Of a stretch of DNA of 40,441 nucleotides, positions 19,701-28,740 are shown one piece after another. Position numbers and translations under genes: made by a program. The stretch spans positions 1-40,441 of the forward strand of contig CAJTLD010000009.1 in assembly GCA_910577065.1 (NCBI GenBank), written 5' to 3'. Positions within the stretch are counted from its first letter, which is position 1, and every line of letters begins with the position of its first letter. This DNA is from an uncultured Lachnospiraceae bacterium. GTDB lineage: Bacteria > Bacillota > Clostridia > Lachnospirales > Lachnospiraceae. The notes beneath the pieces are model-generated. The model was given only the letters and a program-made list of their open reading frames with translations. It was not told where the DNA came from and made no database searches.

Positions 19701-21985
19701 AAATTTCCATATCCTCTTCCAAGGCTTATCTGAACCTTATTCGCCGTAATGGCTTCGTCCAGCCAGATAATATAATACGTATTCCTATGTTCATCCTGTT
19801 TGGAAAGCAGGCTTGCCCCTACATTCCGCTTCTTTGTAGCGTTCTGGGAATCCCAGTAATCCACCCTTGCATATTGGAATGCCCCTTCCGGATTTGCCGC
19901 CGTAAAGGTTATGTACTTCATTTTATAATCATTATCCAGCGTAACGGTCATTCCCCTGTCGCTTGCAGGATACGCCACGCCGTCGTCCCAGTCTGTTACC
20001 GTCCAGTAAGATGTATAATCGTCATCAACAATCCCCAGGGCGCTTTTTCCCGCCACGCCCTCGTCCAGCTTGCTGTCTACCATTTTAGCGCCGTTATGCC
20101 CTCCATACACAGCCGTTACAATATGATTTGTAAGCTTGCCGACGCCGTTGGAAGTATTTAAAAGGTTATACTGGGGCAGCTTCGGACGCGCCGTACTGGT
20201 CGTCATTGCCACATGCTCAAGCGACGGGACGCTCCAGCCCAGTTCGTTCCAGCCAATTACATAAACCGTATATTCCGTTTCATCTTCAAGGCCGTCAATC
20301 ATATAGCTTGTGCCTTTGAGTTTCCCGGCTCCGGACTGCTGCTGCGTAAAGCCTTCTACAACCGGCACAAACTGTGCGCCCGTTTCGCCTGATTTTTTAT
20401 AGTAAACCATATAGCCGTCAGAATCATCCATATCCTTCCAGGAGACCGTTACTGCACGGTAACCGCCGGAAGCTTTTACATTATCCGGTTTGTCGGGACG
20501 CTTTGTCGGCTTTAACTCTACGGTTTTTGGATCCGACCATGGGCTGCTCCAGTCCCCGTTTACAGAACGGACCATAACCGTGTATGTGGAAAAATTCTTT
20601 AATTTGCCGTCATTGATGCTGCCAATGATATGCTGTGCGCCGGATACGCGGACAATCTGCGTTGCATTTCCCGCCTGATCCTTCACAGGCCCGGATACAT
20701 AGACCTCATACCCGGTTACGTTTGTCTGCGGACTCCAGGAAGCCGTAATCTGTTTGTCTCCCGCCGTCAGCGGATTTAAAACAGGAATATCCAGCTGCGG
20801 AGGAGCAATAAAATCTTCCATATTATTGACAAACTCAACCTTGGCTATATTAACCAATGGCTCCGTCTTTTTGGTTCCGGTAATACGGATTGTCACGCGC
20901 TTAACCGCAATCTGCGAACCGAAATTCAAAACCATTGAGCCGTCTTCATTGACTTTTACGCTTGGCTTTTGCACATCACGTGTTTTTTTGGCCGCTTTCC
21001 TGCCACCTTCAGCGGCGTAGCCTGCCGGCTGTGCCTGTTCGGAAAGATCAATAGACAGCGTTTCCTCCCCGCCGTCTTTTACATAGGTTACTACCGCTTC
21101 GCCCTGTGCAATATCGTTTGAGACATTGCCTTTATCATCTATCACCGGAGCGCTGATCGTCATGCCTGCAAGCGTTGGGATGCGGGCAGGATCCGCGTCC
21201 TCTTCCGCCAGTGTAAACTGCACTGCCACAGGATTTTCTTCGGTAATTTCCTCTTCTGCGTCTTCCGGCTGCAGAGTCAGGGCTCCTTCCTTGATGTCTC
21301 CTTGGATCATCGTCCCGTCAAGCGCCTCGGGAGCCTGCGTAACCCTGAGTTTTTTGTCAATTTCCGATTCCTGTGATTCGTCTATCCCCAAAACGGCCTG
21401 CTGCAAATCGACTAAATCCGTCTTGCCGTCGCTGTTGATATCGGATTCGCCTGATGCCGAATTTTTACGGATATCTTCCACAAGCTTATCGGTATCCGCC
21501 TGATCCAGACGTCCGTCCCCGGTTACATCGCCGGGACGAAGCCATCCTGCCGCCCCGCCTGATTCGGATTTTGCGGCGCAGACCAAAATCCGGTTCGTCC
21601 AGTCTGGTTCCAGTTGGATAGACTGCGTGTAATCGGCGAATTTCTTCGCCTTAACCTGCACCGTGTAATTCCCTGCCAAAAGCGTAAACCTGGCTGTTTG
21701 TACATCCGAACCGCCTTCTCCAAAATCCAGCTTTTCTTCCTGCGTCGCCTGTTCGCCCGCGCTTCCGCTGACCAAAACCGTCACCTCGCCGTCAAGCGGA
21801 AACGACGCCAGATCCTGTACCTGTACCTCCAGGACACCGTCCCCTTCCTCGGCAGTATCCGATGCATCCGTTTGTACTCGCGCAGAGACATCCGCTGCCA
21901 TCGCCTCAGCCCCATAGGCTTCAACGGCAGTCCACGTCTGCATTGTCAAACAGCCTGCAAGCAACAATGCCATCCATTTTTTCAT
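16754..21985 (-). CDS. Secreted M60-like zinc metallopeptidase with dockerin, FN3 and F5/8 (CBM32-like) modules
   Basis: Signal peptide MKKWMALLLAG; dockerin GDVTGDGRLDQAD...DINSDGKTDLVD (21385-21532); two FN3 domains; WGIAHEIGH (18563-18577)...EVTNN gluzincin motif; DARYVRL discoidin motif. Confidence 0.9.
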   Translation of the reverse strand: MKKWMALLLAGCLTMQTWTAVEAYGAEAMAADVSARVQTDASDTAEEGDGVLEVQVQDLASFPLDGEVTVLVSGSAGEQATQEEKLDFGEGGSDVQTARFTLLAGNYTVQVKAKKFADYTQSIQLEPDWTNRILVCAAKSESGGAAGWLRPGDVTGDGRLDQADTDKLVEDIRKNSASGESDINSDGKTDLVDLQQAVLGIDESQESEIDKKLRVTQAPEALDGTMIQGDIKEGALTLQPEDAEEEITEENPVAVQFTLAEEDADPARIPTLAGMTISAPVIDDKGNVSNDIAQGEAVVTYVKDGGEETLSIDLSEQAQPAGYAAEGGRKAAKKTRDVQKPSVKVNEDGSMVLNFGSQIAVKRVTIRITGTKKTEPLVNIAKVEFVNNMEDFIAPPQLDIPVLNPLTAGDKQITASWSPQTNVTGYEVYVSGPVKDQAGNATQIVRVSGAQHIIGSINDGKLKNFSTYTVMVRSVNGDWSSPWSDPKTVELKPTKRPDKPDNVKASGGYRAVTVSWKDMDDSDGYMVYYKKSGETGAQFVPVVEGFTQQQSGAGKLKGTSYMIDGLEDETEYTVYVIGWNELGWSVPSLEHVAMTTSTARPKLPQYNLLNTSNGVGKLTNHIVTAVYGGHNGAKMVDSKLDEGVAGKSALGIVDDDYTSYWTVTDWDDGVAYPASDRGMTVTLDNDYKMKYITFTAANPEGAFQYARVDYWDSQNATKKRNVGASLLSKQDEHRNTYYIIWLDEAITANKVQISLGRGYGNFKMKVGEIHFHKYDSLEEDIMGLFVDEMHTTLRPDVRTTTIKVLEKRLEAVDEVSSEKHPLYAELKLELDLARNILSDNPSPSYKVHNQITASKDGHLGFSGLNAWQPLGRAIHEGESYVIYVWHNTKKIGELANGLRLIGTQQHAEAAGVAPQGANLRIGRNSFTAPSITSMNQERGGQYYIAYTGNNANDEYVIRVAGGSEIPVLDVYGKTGTERTDAIRTYVEQLEAHVASIESEHEERHVGTPNVDYAYDPQNCILNATDIMMREMMYSVPATQVWAGIANAADKVTKLDNALKAMEKTMTLFYQHKGLSDTAGTVNGNNALPAQHLNIRYMRMFSGAFMYASGNHIGIEWGSTPLASAPNDWSGLGWGIAHEIGHNINQGSYAVAEVTNNYFAQLLTGKTRYTYENVYKKVTSGTTGRASNVFTQLALYWQLHLAYDNQADDRHIYDNYEDQLNNLFFARMDTYSRNPAKAPKAGLTLNGGSDQNLMRLACAAANKNILPFFERWGMTPDEATIAYAALYGEPETKALYYVNEDARNYRISHLAEEETAGIKQKDVITTATMSNESNRVTIHASTNRPAELILGYEISRSMISDGMKQTQVIGFVTAQADGSATYVDTVASINNRVMEYEVRAVDKYLNYSNAKTAGSVKIQTDGILDKSAWTVETTMTSKDDVVIVPDEEDPDNGTTAGDKKVHSIDRIIDNDRTGAGTYNGTSSGTATITVDMHKAEQVTALKYQGSALAKVNVEVSADGTNWTMVKENYAGLTGTKEETLWFDSLAEDGTIRENWIGTYDARYVRLTIGQKGNISIQEIELCGPSGDNIEFMTENGQQVIGILSEDYKYGNKDADVIPAGSLIFTGTYKGNPAYNVVILYDTEGNVVGAKDGEVNAYHLIFAEYPENGNLGEMSDGAWVYYVEPGQWDETTLEELSGGVRAELYRVDNALTLEGERIVSDSKVIPVPSSMADLKEITLTGKIPE

Positions 21986-22144
21986 GTTCACTATTCCTTT
22001 CTTAAAAAATTTAAGCGCTACTACCAATCTCATGAAAAATATCGACAAAATCCATCGGTAAATTAACGGCTTACGCAGTCAAAAAAGGGGAATATAATCC
22101 ATCGAAATTTATGAGATTTTTACATATGGCGCAGCGCCTTCCAC

Positions 22145-22174
22145 AAAAAAAGAGGACACCTACGTGTGTCCCCT
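22145..22174 (-). terminator. tRNA operon terminator
   Basis: GGACAC/GTGTCC hairpin plus T7 on the minus strand. Confidence 0.75.
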
Positions 22175-22177
22175 GAA

Positions 22178-22261
22178 TGCCCGCGACCGGAATCGAACCG
22201 GTACTGTATTGCTACAACAGGATTTTAAGTCCTGCGCGTCTGCCAGTTCCGCCACGCGGGC
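22178..22261 (-). tRNA. tRNA-Leu (TAA)
   Basis: GCCCGCG acceptor stem; CAGGA-CT-TAA-AA-TCCTG; long variable arm; GTTCGATTC; CCA not encoded. Confidence 0.97.
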
Positions 22262-22281
22262 ATTTACATAAACCTAATAAA

Positions 22282-22363
22282 TGGGCAGAGGTGGATTCGA
22301 ACCACCGAAGCAATTTGCAGCAGATTTACAGTCTGTCCCCTTTGGCCACTCGGGAATCTGCCC
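22282..22363 (-). tRNA. tRNA-Tyr (GTA)
   Basis: GGGCAGA acceptor stem; CAGA-CT-GTA-AA-TCTG; GGTTCGAATCC; CCA not encoded. Confidence 0.97.
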
Positions 22364-22400
22364 ATTCCATCAGACATATCAAATGCCTTAACAAATATGA

Positions 22401-22429
22401 ATTATATCATATAAATACAAAAAATACAA
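22401..22429 (-). promoter_or_regulatory. Sigma-A promoter of the tRNA pair
   Basis: TTGTAT-17-TATAAT with TG extension. Confidence 0.75.
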
Positions 22430-22596
22430 CATTTTTTTAAATTTTTATTATGGTAATTATGACAGAAAGCGCCCCCGGAACCCACTTATTCCTGGGGGCC
22501 CAATCGGAAGAGAAATCACTTCGTAATGGTAATTTTTGTTTTTCCTTTTTTCATTCTCTTCACAACGCCGCTGCTTCTGCATGCTTTTTACCTGTT

Positions 22597-24702
22597 TTAT
22601 ATCCTTTTCAAAATAACGGCGGTATGTCCCTGCATAGTAATCGCCGCTATTCCCCGGTTTACCGCGTACTCTTCCGGCATCAGGGAATACCCTTTGCCGG
22701 TCGTCATAATCAGGCAGCGAAGTCCCGCTGTCAGAGGGATTCCGGCAGCCGTAACCGAAAGTTCCATCTTCCGTTCCCCGTCGTCACTGTTTACGATGAT
22801 AACAAACTGCTGTTCCCTGGTAAACCGGGCATAACACAAAAGCTTCTCCTCGCCTTTTAAAAACTGGAACGATCCGGTACGGAATGCCTGATACTCCTTA
22901 TGTATCCGGATCAACTCCCGGTGCAGGTCAATTAATTCCCGGTTTTCATGTCCCCATGGATACGTCCGCCTGTTATCCGGATCGGTAAAACCGCAAAGCC
23001 CCGCCTCGTCTCCGTAATACAGAGCCGGCGCCCCCGGCCATGTCATCTGCACCAGGACGGCCTGGCGCATTACGCTGTAATCCACACCTTCACTTGCCGC
23101 AGCCGCCCCCAAACATTCCACCCTGCCCGCTTTGTGGTTTGTGCGCGTTAAAAACCGGGAATGATCGTGGTTTGAAAGCTGGTTCATGGAGCAAAGCAGC
23201 GATGGCGTAAGAAAACTTGTCATATAATGACGCATTGCCCCCTCAAAATACTCGATTTTTCCGATGCGCTCCGGGAAAAATTCATCACTGTGCTTTTCCA
23301 TACCTGTCAGAAAAAAAGTAAGGGGCTCCATAAACGCCGTATAGTTCATGATCGTATCCCACTGATCGCCTGCCAGCCACTCTTTTGGATCCCCGTAATG
23401 CTCCGCCAGGATAACGGCATTCGGATTAGCCTGCTTGACCGCCTTACGGAAATTACGCCAGAACCGGTGGTTAAACTCTCTTGTATGCCCCAAATCCTCC
23501 GCTACATCCAGTCTCCAGCCGTCGCAGCAATAAGGTTCCGATACCCATTTACGCGCAATACGCAAAATATCGGCGCACAGGCGGTCTGACTTTTCGTAAT
23601 TCAGCTTCGGAAGCGTCTCATGCCCCCACCAGCCCTCATACTCTTTATTTGTTTCCCAGGACGCGTCCTCCTCCTTGAATTTAAAATAACTGCGATAGGG
23701 GCTTTCCCGCTTCAGGTACGCGCCGGGCGCAAACCCTTTGCGGCCTTCATAAATCCCTTCCCGATCCATCCAGCAGTTAAACGAGCCACAATGGTTGAAT
23801 ACGCCGTCTAAAATTACTTTCATGCCCCGTTTGTGCGCTTCTTTTACAAATTCCGCAAAAAACGCATTGCTAGCCTCCAGGTTCGCCTGGCTCGTAACGC
23901 GGGTGCGGTACCGCGTTGCATTGCGGTTATCCTGATCGCCTTCTGCCAGAAGCTCTCCTTCGTCCTCTATAATTTTGGCAAAGTGCGGGTCTATATGGTC
24001 GTAATCCTGAATATCGTATTTGTGGTTGGAGGGCGAAACAAACAGAGGATTAAAATAAATCACTTCCACGCCAAGATCCGAAAGATAATCCAGCTTTTCC
24101 CATACGCCTGCAATATCCCCTCCGTAAAATTCCCCTACGCTGAAATTTTCCGGGCATTTCCCCCACTGATCGTCCGGCACTCTCGTACTCTGCGTCCGGA
24201 TATAAAAATATTCTCCGTCCAGCACATCGTTGGAAGAATCCCCATTACAAAACCTATCTACCATAATCTGGTAAATAACCGCCCCCTTTGCCCAATCCGG
24301 CGTTGAAAATCCCGGCACTATCCTGAAAAAATAAGGCTCCCTCAACTCCCTGGCCACTCCATAACGATCATAGTAACACTGCGCCTGCCCGCTGGAAATT
24401 TCAAAATAATAGGAAAACGGCTCTGTGCCAAGCTGTATGTCAACCGAATAATAATCAAACGCATCGTCACTGTCCGAAAACTGCATCGGATAACTTGTTT
24501 TGTCCGTGCACAGCCAAATCATATCCACATTGTACTTTGCGGTCCGGAACCGAATGGTAACTATTTCATTCTCACCCGGTTCCGGAGGAATCCGGTAATC
24601 TTTTGTCCCGTCCGAAAATAACGCCTCTTTGCGCAAAACCGGCCTCATCTGCATAATATATTGGTGTATTTTATTTAGGTCGTACATAGTTTTACGTTTC
24701 AT
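22597..24702 (-). CDS. GH13 alpha-glucan hydrolase (neopullulanase/cyclomaltodextrinase-like)
   Basis: GH13 regions DGVFNH, GWRLDVA, AEHY, SNHD; YYGDE...DPDNR. Confidence 0.93.
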   Translation of the reverse strand: MKRKTMYDLNKIHQYIMQMRPVLRKEALFSDGTKDYRIPPEPGENEIVTIRFRTAKYNVDMIWLCTDKTSYPMQFSDSDDAFDYYSVDIQLGTEPFSYYFEISSGQAQCYYDRYGVARELREPYFFRIVPGFSTPDWAKGAVIYQIMVDRFCNGDSSNDVLDGEYFYIRTQSTRVPDDQWGKCPENFSVGEFYGGDIAGVWEKLDYLSDLGVEVIYFNPLFVSPSNHKYDIQDYDHIDPHFAKIIEDEGELLAEGDQDNRNATRYRTRVTSQANLEASNAFFAEFVKEAHKRGMKVILDGVFNHCGSFNCWMDREGIYEGRKGFAPGAYLKRESPYRSYFKFKEEDASWETNKEYEGWWGHETLPKLNYEKSDRLCADILRIARKWVSEPYCCDGWRLDVAEDLGHTREFNHRFWRNFRKAVKQANPNAVILAEHYGDPKEWLAGDQWDTIMNYTAFMEPLTFFLTGMEKHSDEFFPERIGKIEYFEGAMRHYMTSFLTPSLLCSMNQLSNHDHSRFLTRTNHKAGRVECLGAAAASEGVDYSVMRQAVLVQMTWPGAPALYYGDEAGLCGFTDPDNRRTYPWGHENRELIDLHRELIRIHKEYQAFRTGSFQFLKGEEKLLCYARFTREQQFVIIVNSDDGERKMELSVTAAGIPLTAGLRCLIMTTGKGYSLMPEEYAVNRGIAAITMQGHTAVILKRI

Positions 24703-24749
24703 ATCGTCTCTTCCTCTTTCCTGAATATTTTAAAACATATTATTTTGGG

Positions 24750-24845
24750 AAAAAAAAAGACAGCCAATATGCTGTCTTTTTTAGGAGAAGGTATTTTTAC
24801 TATGGGGTGTAGCAAAAACTTTATATAATGTATTGGGGGTTTTAC
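24750..24845 (-). ncRNA. Candidate C-rich small RNA
   Basis: Extended -10 TGCTATTATAAT (24850-24861); ACCCCCA, ACCCCA and CCUUCUCCU motifs; GACAGC/GCTGTC terminator plus U9. Confidence 0.45.
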
Positions 24846-24943
24846 GAGTATTATAATAGCACCGCAAAGCGAATAAGTGTGCACAAACTTCACAAAATTT
24901 CACAAGTTTTTTTGTGAAATATGCACAAATTCACTTCTGTCTG

Positions 24944-26770
24944 CTACTGAAAAAGCGCTTCAAACTCTTCCCTGCTGATCTTCTCTTTTTCTAATAAAAG
25001 TCCTGCACATCGATTTAAAACATCTTCATATTCATTTATAATTTTTCTGGCTTTGGCATAACATTCGTCTATTATGCGTTTTACCTCCTCGTCAATCCTG
25101 GTGGCTACGCTTTCTCCGTATCCTCTGGCATGAGCCAAATCCCTGCCGATAAATACCTGATCGTCCTCGTTGGCATAGTTGATAAGGCCGACATTCTCCG
25201 ACATGCCGTACTTTGTCACCATCGCTTTAGCAAGCTGGGTCGCCTGTTTGATATCCTGCGAAGCGCCTGTTGTAATATCGTCGAATATCATTTCTTCCGC
25301 CACGCGCCCGCCCAGATCCACAACGATCTCCTGCAGCATGCGCCCTTTTGTATTAAACATTTCATCCCGTTCCGGAAGCGGCATCGTATAACCTGCAGCC
25401 CCGCCGCCCGTGGGGATAATCGACACCGAATAAACAGGGCCGACATCCGGCAGGACGTGGAATAAAATGGCGTGCCCCGCTTCGTGGAAGGCCGTAATCC
25501 GTTTCTCTTTGTCGCTGATAATACGGCTCTTTTTCTCCGCGCCGATACCTACTTTGACAAAGGATTTACGTATATCGTTCTGAACAATATACGCGCGGTC
25601 TTCCTTGGCTGCGTTGATTGCAGCCTCATTGAGCAGGTTTTCCAGATCCGCGCCCGTAAAGCCTGCCGTCGTCTGGGCAACCTGTTTTAAATCCACATCA
25701 TCGCCCAACGGCTTGTTTTTCGCGTGGACGTGTAATATCTGCTCCCTGCCGCCGATATCCGGCCTGCCTACGTGAATCTTACGGTCAAACCTGCCCGGAC
25801 GCAAAATCGCCGGATCCAGAATATCTACGCGGTTCGTCGCCGCCATTACAATAATTCCCTCGTTGGTGCCAAACCCGTCCATTTCTACAAGCATCTGGTT
25901 TAACGTCTGTTCGCGCTCGTCATGGCCGCCGCCCATCCCGGTGCCCCTGCGCCGCGCCACGGCGTCAATTTCGTCTATAAACACAATACACGGAGCGTTG
26001 CGTTTCGCGTCGTCAAACAAATCGCGGACGCGGGACGCCCCCACGCCGACGAACATTTCCACAAAATCAGAACCGGAAATACTAAAAAACGGCACGCCGG
26101 CCTCCCCTGCCACAGCCTTTGCAAGCAGCGTCTTACCGGTTCCGGGAGGGCCTACCAGCAGGATGCCCTTTGGGATCCTTGCGCCCAATCGGCTGTATTT
26201 TCTCGGCGACTTTAAAAAGTCAACCAGTTCTTCCAGTTCTTCTTTTTCTTCCCGAAGCCCCGCCACTTTTTCAAAATTCATTTTATTGTCGTTGGTGGAA
26301 AGCCTCGCACGGCTTCTGCCGAAATTGAGCATCCTGGTTCCTCCTGCGCCGCCCCCGCCGTTTGCCCCTGCCGCCTGGTTGGACATAATAATAAACAAAA
26401 TAAACATTGCCGTCAGCACAATCAGAAGCGGCAGCAGATTCATAAGCCAGCTTTCGGGCGGCACGTCTTCCAGATAATAGTTGTGAAAGCCTTTTTTATC
26501 GAGCATATCCTGTATATCGTTGACGTCCGATACATACAGTTCCTTTACGACGCTGTTGTGCAGACGGATATTTAAAATACCGGTCGGAATCTCCCTGTTT
26601 TGTTCTATCTCTATATAAACTATCTCGCCCGCATTCAATGCGTTCTGGAAATCAGTAAGAGTGTATGGGTTATCCACTATTTTCCTTGTATCCAGCGCCA
26701 TCCAGACAATAATTACAATGCCTACAAGCGCCGCATAAAAACTAAAATTCCTAAGTTCTTTTCTGTCCAA
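24944..26770 (-). CDS. ftsH: ATP-dependent zinc metalloprotease FtsH
   Basis: Two TM helices; [26 protein letters not shown]. Confidence 0.99.
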   Translation of the reverse strand: MDRKELRNFSFYAALVGIVIIVWMALDTRKIVDNPYTLTDFQNALNAGEIVYIEIEQNREIPTGILNIRLHNSVVKELYVSDVNDIQDMLDKKGFHNYYLEDVPPESWLMNLLPLLIVLTAMFILFIIMSNQAAGANGGGGAGGTRMLNFGRSRARLSTNDNKMNFEKVAGLREEKEELEELVDFLKSPRKYSRLGARIPKGILLVGPPGTGKTLLAKAVAGEAGVPFFSISGSDFVEMFVGVGASRVRDLFDDAKRNAPCIVFIDEIDAVARRRGTGMGGGHDEREQTLNQMLVEMDGFGTNEGIIVMAATNRVDILDPAILRPGRFDRKIHVGRPDIGGREQILHVHAKNKPLGDDVDLKQVAQTTAGFTGADLENLLNEAAINAAKEDRAYIVQNDIRKSFVKVGIGAEKKSRIISDKEKRITAFHEAGHAILFHVLPDVGPVYSVSIIPTGGGAAGYTMPLPERDEMFNTKGRMLQEIVVDLGGRVAEEMIFDDITTGASQDIKQATQLAKAMVTKYGMSENVGLINYANEDDQVFIGRDLAHARGYGESVATRIDEEVKRIIDECYAKARKIINEYEDVLNRCAGLLLEKEKISREEFEALFQ

Positions 26771-26783
26771 CTGGAATCCTCCT

Positions 26784-27308
26784 TTAGTCTAATTCAACTA
26801 CGCCGATATACGGCAGATTACGGTATTTCTGCGCATAGTCCAACCCGTAACCCACTACAAATTCATCCGGTATATCAAAGCATGTATAATCCACATGTAT
26901 TTCCTTTACACGCCGCTCCGGTTTATCCAACAGCGTGCATAGCCTTAAGCTTTTGGGCCCCTGGTTGTTCAGATATTCCAACAGATAACTTAACGTCCTG
27001 CCAGAATCAATAATATCCTCCACTACCAGCACGTCCTTGCCCTGGATACTCAAATCCAGATCCTTGACAATTTTTACCACTCCGCTGGATTTGGTATCCG
27101 CCCCGTAACTCGAAACGGACATAAAATCCATGGAAACCGGAACCGTCACTCTTTTGGAAAGTTCACATGTAAAGAATACGCCTCCCTTTAACACGCAGAT
27201 CATATGGATCTCCTTCCCTTCATAATCCCGGCTGATCTGCGCCGCAATTTCCGCAATCCTTCGATCCACTTCTTCTTCCGATAACAACACACGGACTGTT
27301 TCACTCAT
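26784..27308 (-). CDS. hpt: Hypoxanthine phosphoribosyltransferase
   Basis: VLKG, VVEDIIDSGRTL, FVVGYGLD. Confidence 0.98.
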   Translation of the reverse strand: MSETVRVLLSEEEVDRRIAEIAAQISRDYEGKEIHMICVLKGGVFFTCELSKRVTVPVSMDFMSVSSYGADTKSSGVVKIVKDLDLSIQGKDVLVVEDIIDSGRTLSYLLEYLNNQGPKSLRLCTLLDKPERRVKEIHVDYTCFDIPDEFVVGYGLDYAQKYRNLPYIGVVELD

Positions 27309-28702
27309 GATTCTTCCTCCATAAACTGTACTTCCAACACTCTTTTCGTATCCCCTGTAATTTTATAATAAGCGCTGATCCGGTAACCAATCGCCCATAA
27401 TATATGGGAACCTTCCGCCAAAAGCGGTATCCGGGCCCGCATATGCTTCGGAACCTTTTCATTGATCCAGTAATCTTTCAGCTTTTGCCTGCGTCCCTGC
27501 GAATCCAATATAAAATAATCGCCCGGTTCTCTGTTTCTAATGTAAAGCCTATTTTTTATCTTATCATAATCAAACCATTTCGTATACAGATTTTTGGGAA
27601 TTTTTACATCTTTTTGCGTAATTTCGATAATCCTTCCAATAACCGTCCCCCCGAAAACCGCCGTCGGGGTTTGCGATACGCCAAACGGTATCCGGGCCGG
27701 AACCGTTCCGTCATCACCCGCCCCGCCCTTTGAAAAAAGCAGCATACCATAACTGTTTTCCGCCAAAACGCCGTACGGCAGGGAAATTCTTTTGCCCGTC
27801 GGGCCATGCGCAAGCAAAAACAGCGCTTCCAAATGCTCCCTGGAAATATCTTTCCTGCTTCCGGCCGCTTTTGCTGCCAGTTCCAAAAGCGCGCGCTTTT
27901 GTAAAAAGGGCGGATATGGCGCAAGCTCCTGTGCCCGAAAGCAGATACTCCCGTCGCCGGGCAGTTCCATACCGGCCTGTAAAATCTTATCCGTTTCCTG
28001 CTGCAAATATGCGCAAATTTCCTGTACGTCTTCGGAAAGACTGCCCATATGTACGACGCAGTTTTGATTCACCCGGCTCAGCTGCGGCATCACGCGGTTT
28101 CGTATCCGGTTGCGGCTGTAATGCACGTCGGTATTGGTAGAATCGATCCGGTAGCCCTGCCCGGCTTCTTTTAAAAACTGTTCTATTTCATATCTCGTCA
28201 CACATAAGAGCGGGCGGATCAAAGCGCCCCTGACAGGGCGGATCCCGGCCAGGCCGTCTATCCCGCTTCCCCTGCAAAGATGAAACAGCAGCGTTTCCGC
28301 ATTGTCATCCCCATGATGCGCTACCGCCGTCTTTACCTGTTTTCCTCCCAGGCGTATCCTTTCCTCTTCAAACGCCTGATAGCGCAGGTTCCTGCCGGCT
28401 TCTTCCAGGGAAATCCTCTGTTTTTCGGCTGTTTCCGGCGTCGGGACGCGTTTCACGGAATACGGGATATCGTACCGTTTTGCAAGTTCTTGTGCAAAAC
28501 GCATGTCCGAAAGGCTCTCTTCCCCGCGGATCCCATGCTCGATATGTATTGCCGATATTGTAAAATCCATCTCATACCGCAGCCTCTCCAAAACCAGGAG
28601 CAAACAGACCGAATCCGCTCCCCCGGACAGCGCCACGCTGATATGATCTCCCTTTTGCACCATATCAAAGCGCTTCATAAAAGCCGCAATTTTTTTTATC
28701 AT
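27305..28702 (-). CDS. tilS: tRNA(Ile)-lysidine synthetase
   Basis: SGGADS, AHHGDDNAET, IRPLL, RNRIR; synteny with hpt-ftsH. Confidence 0.97.
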   Translation of the reverse strand: MIKKIAAFMKRFDMVQKGDHISVALSGGADSVCLLLVLERLRYEMDFTISAIHIEHGIRGEESLSDMRFAQELAKRYDIPYSVKRVPTPETAEKQRISLEEAGRNLRYQAFEEERIRLGGKQVKTAVAHHGDDNAETLLFHLCRGSGIDGLAGIRPVRGALIRPLLCVTRYEIEQFLKEAGQGYRIDSTNTDVHYSRNRIRNRVMPQLSRVNQNCVVHMGSLSEDVQEICAYLQQETDKILQAGMELPGDGSICFRAQELAPYPPFLQKRALLELAAKAAGSRKDISREHLEALFLLAHGPTGKRISLPYGVLAENSYGMLLFSKGGAGDDGTVPARIPFGVSQTPTAVFGGTVIGRIIEITQKDVKIPKNLYTKWFDYDKIKNRLYIRNREPGDYFILDSQGRRQKLKDYWINEKVPKHMRARIPLLAEGSHILWAIGYRISAYYKITGDTKRVLEVQFMEEES

Positions 28703-28740
28703 ACTGCCTCCCACCAGGCCGAAACGGGCCTGATTTTGTA

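Noticed and set aside
13380..22261. Surface-protein cluster as a tRNA-integrated island
   Set aside because: No integrase, no repeat of the tRNA 3' end seen at the far side, composition similar to the backbone.
22318..22336. A-C mismatch at the top of the tRNA-Tyr anticodon stem
   Set aside because: A single 27-43 mismatch is commonly tolerated; the rest of the cloverleaf is normal.
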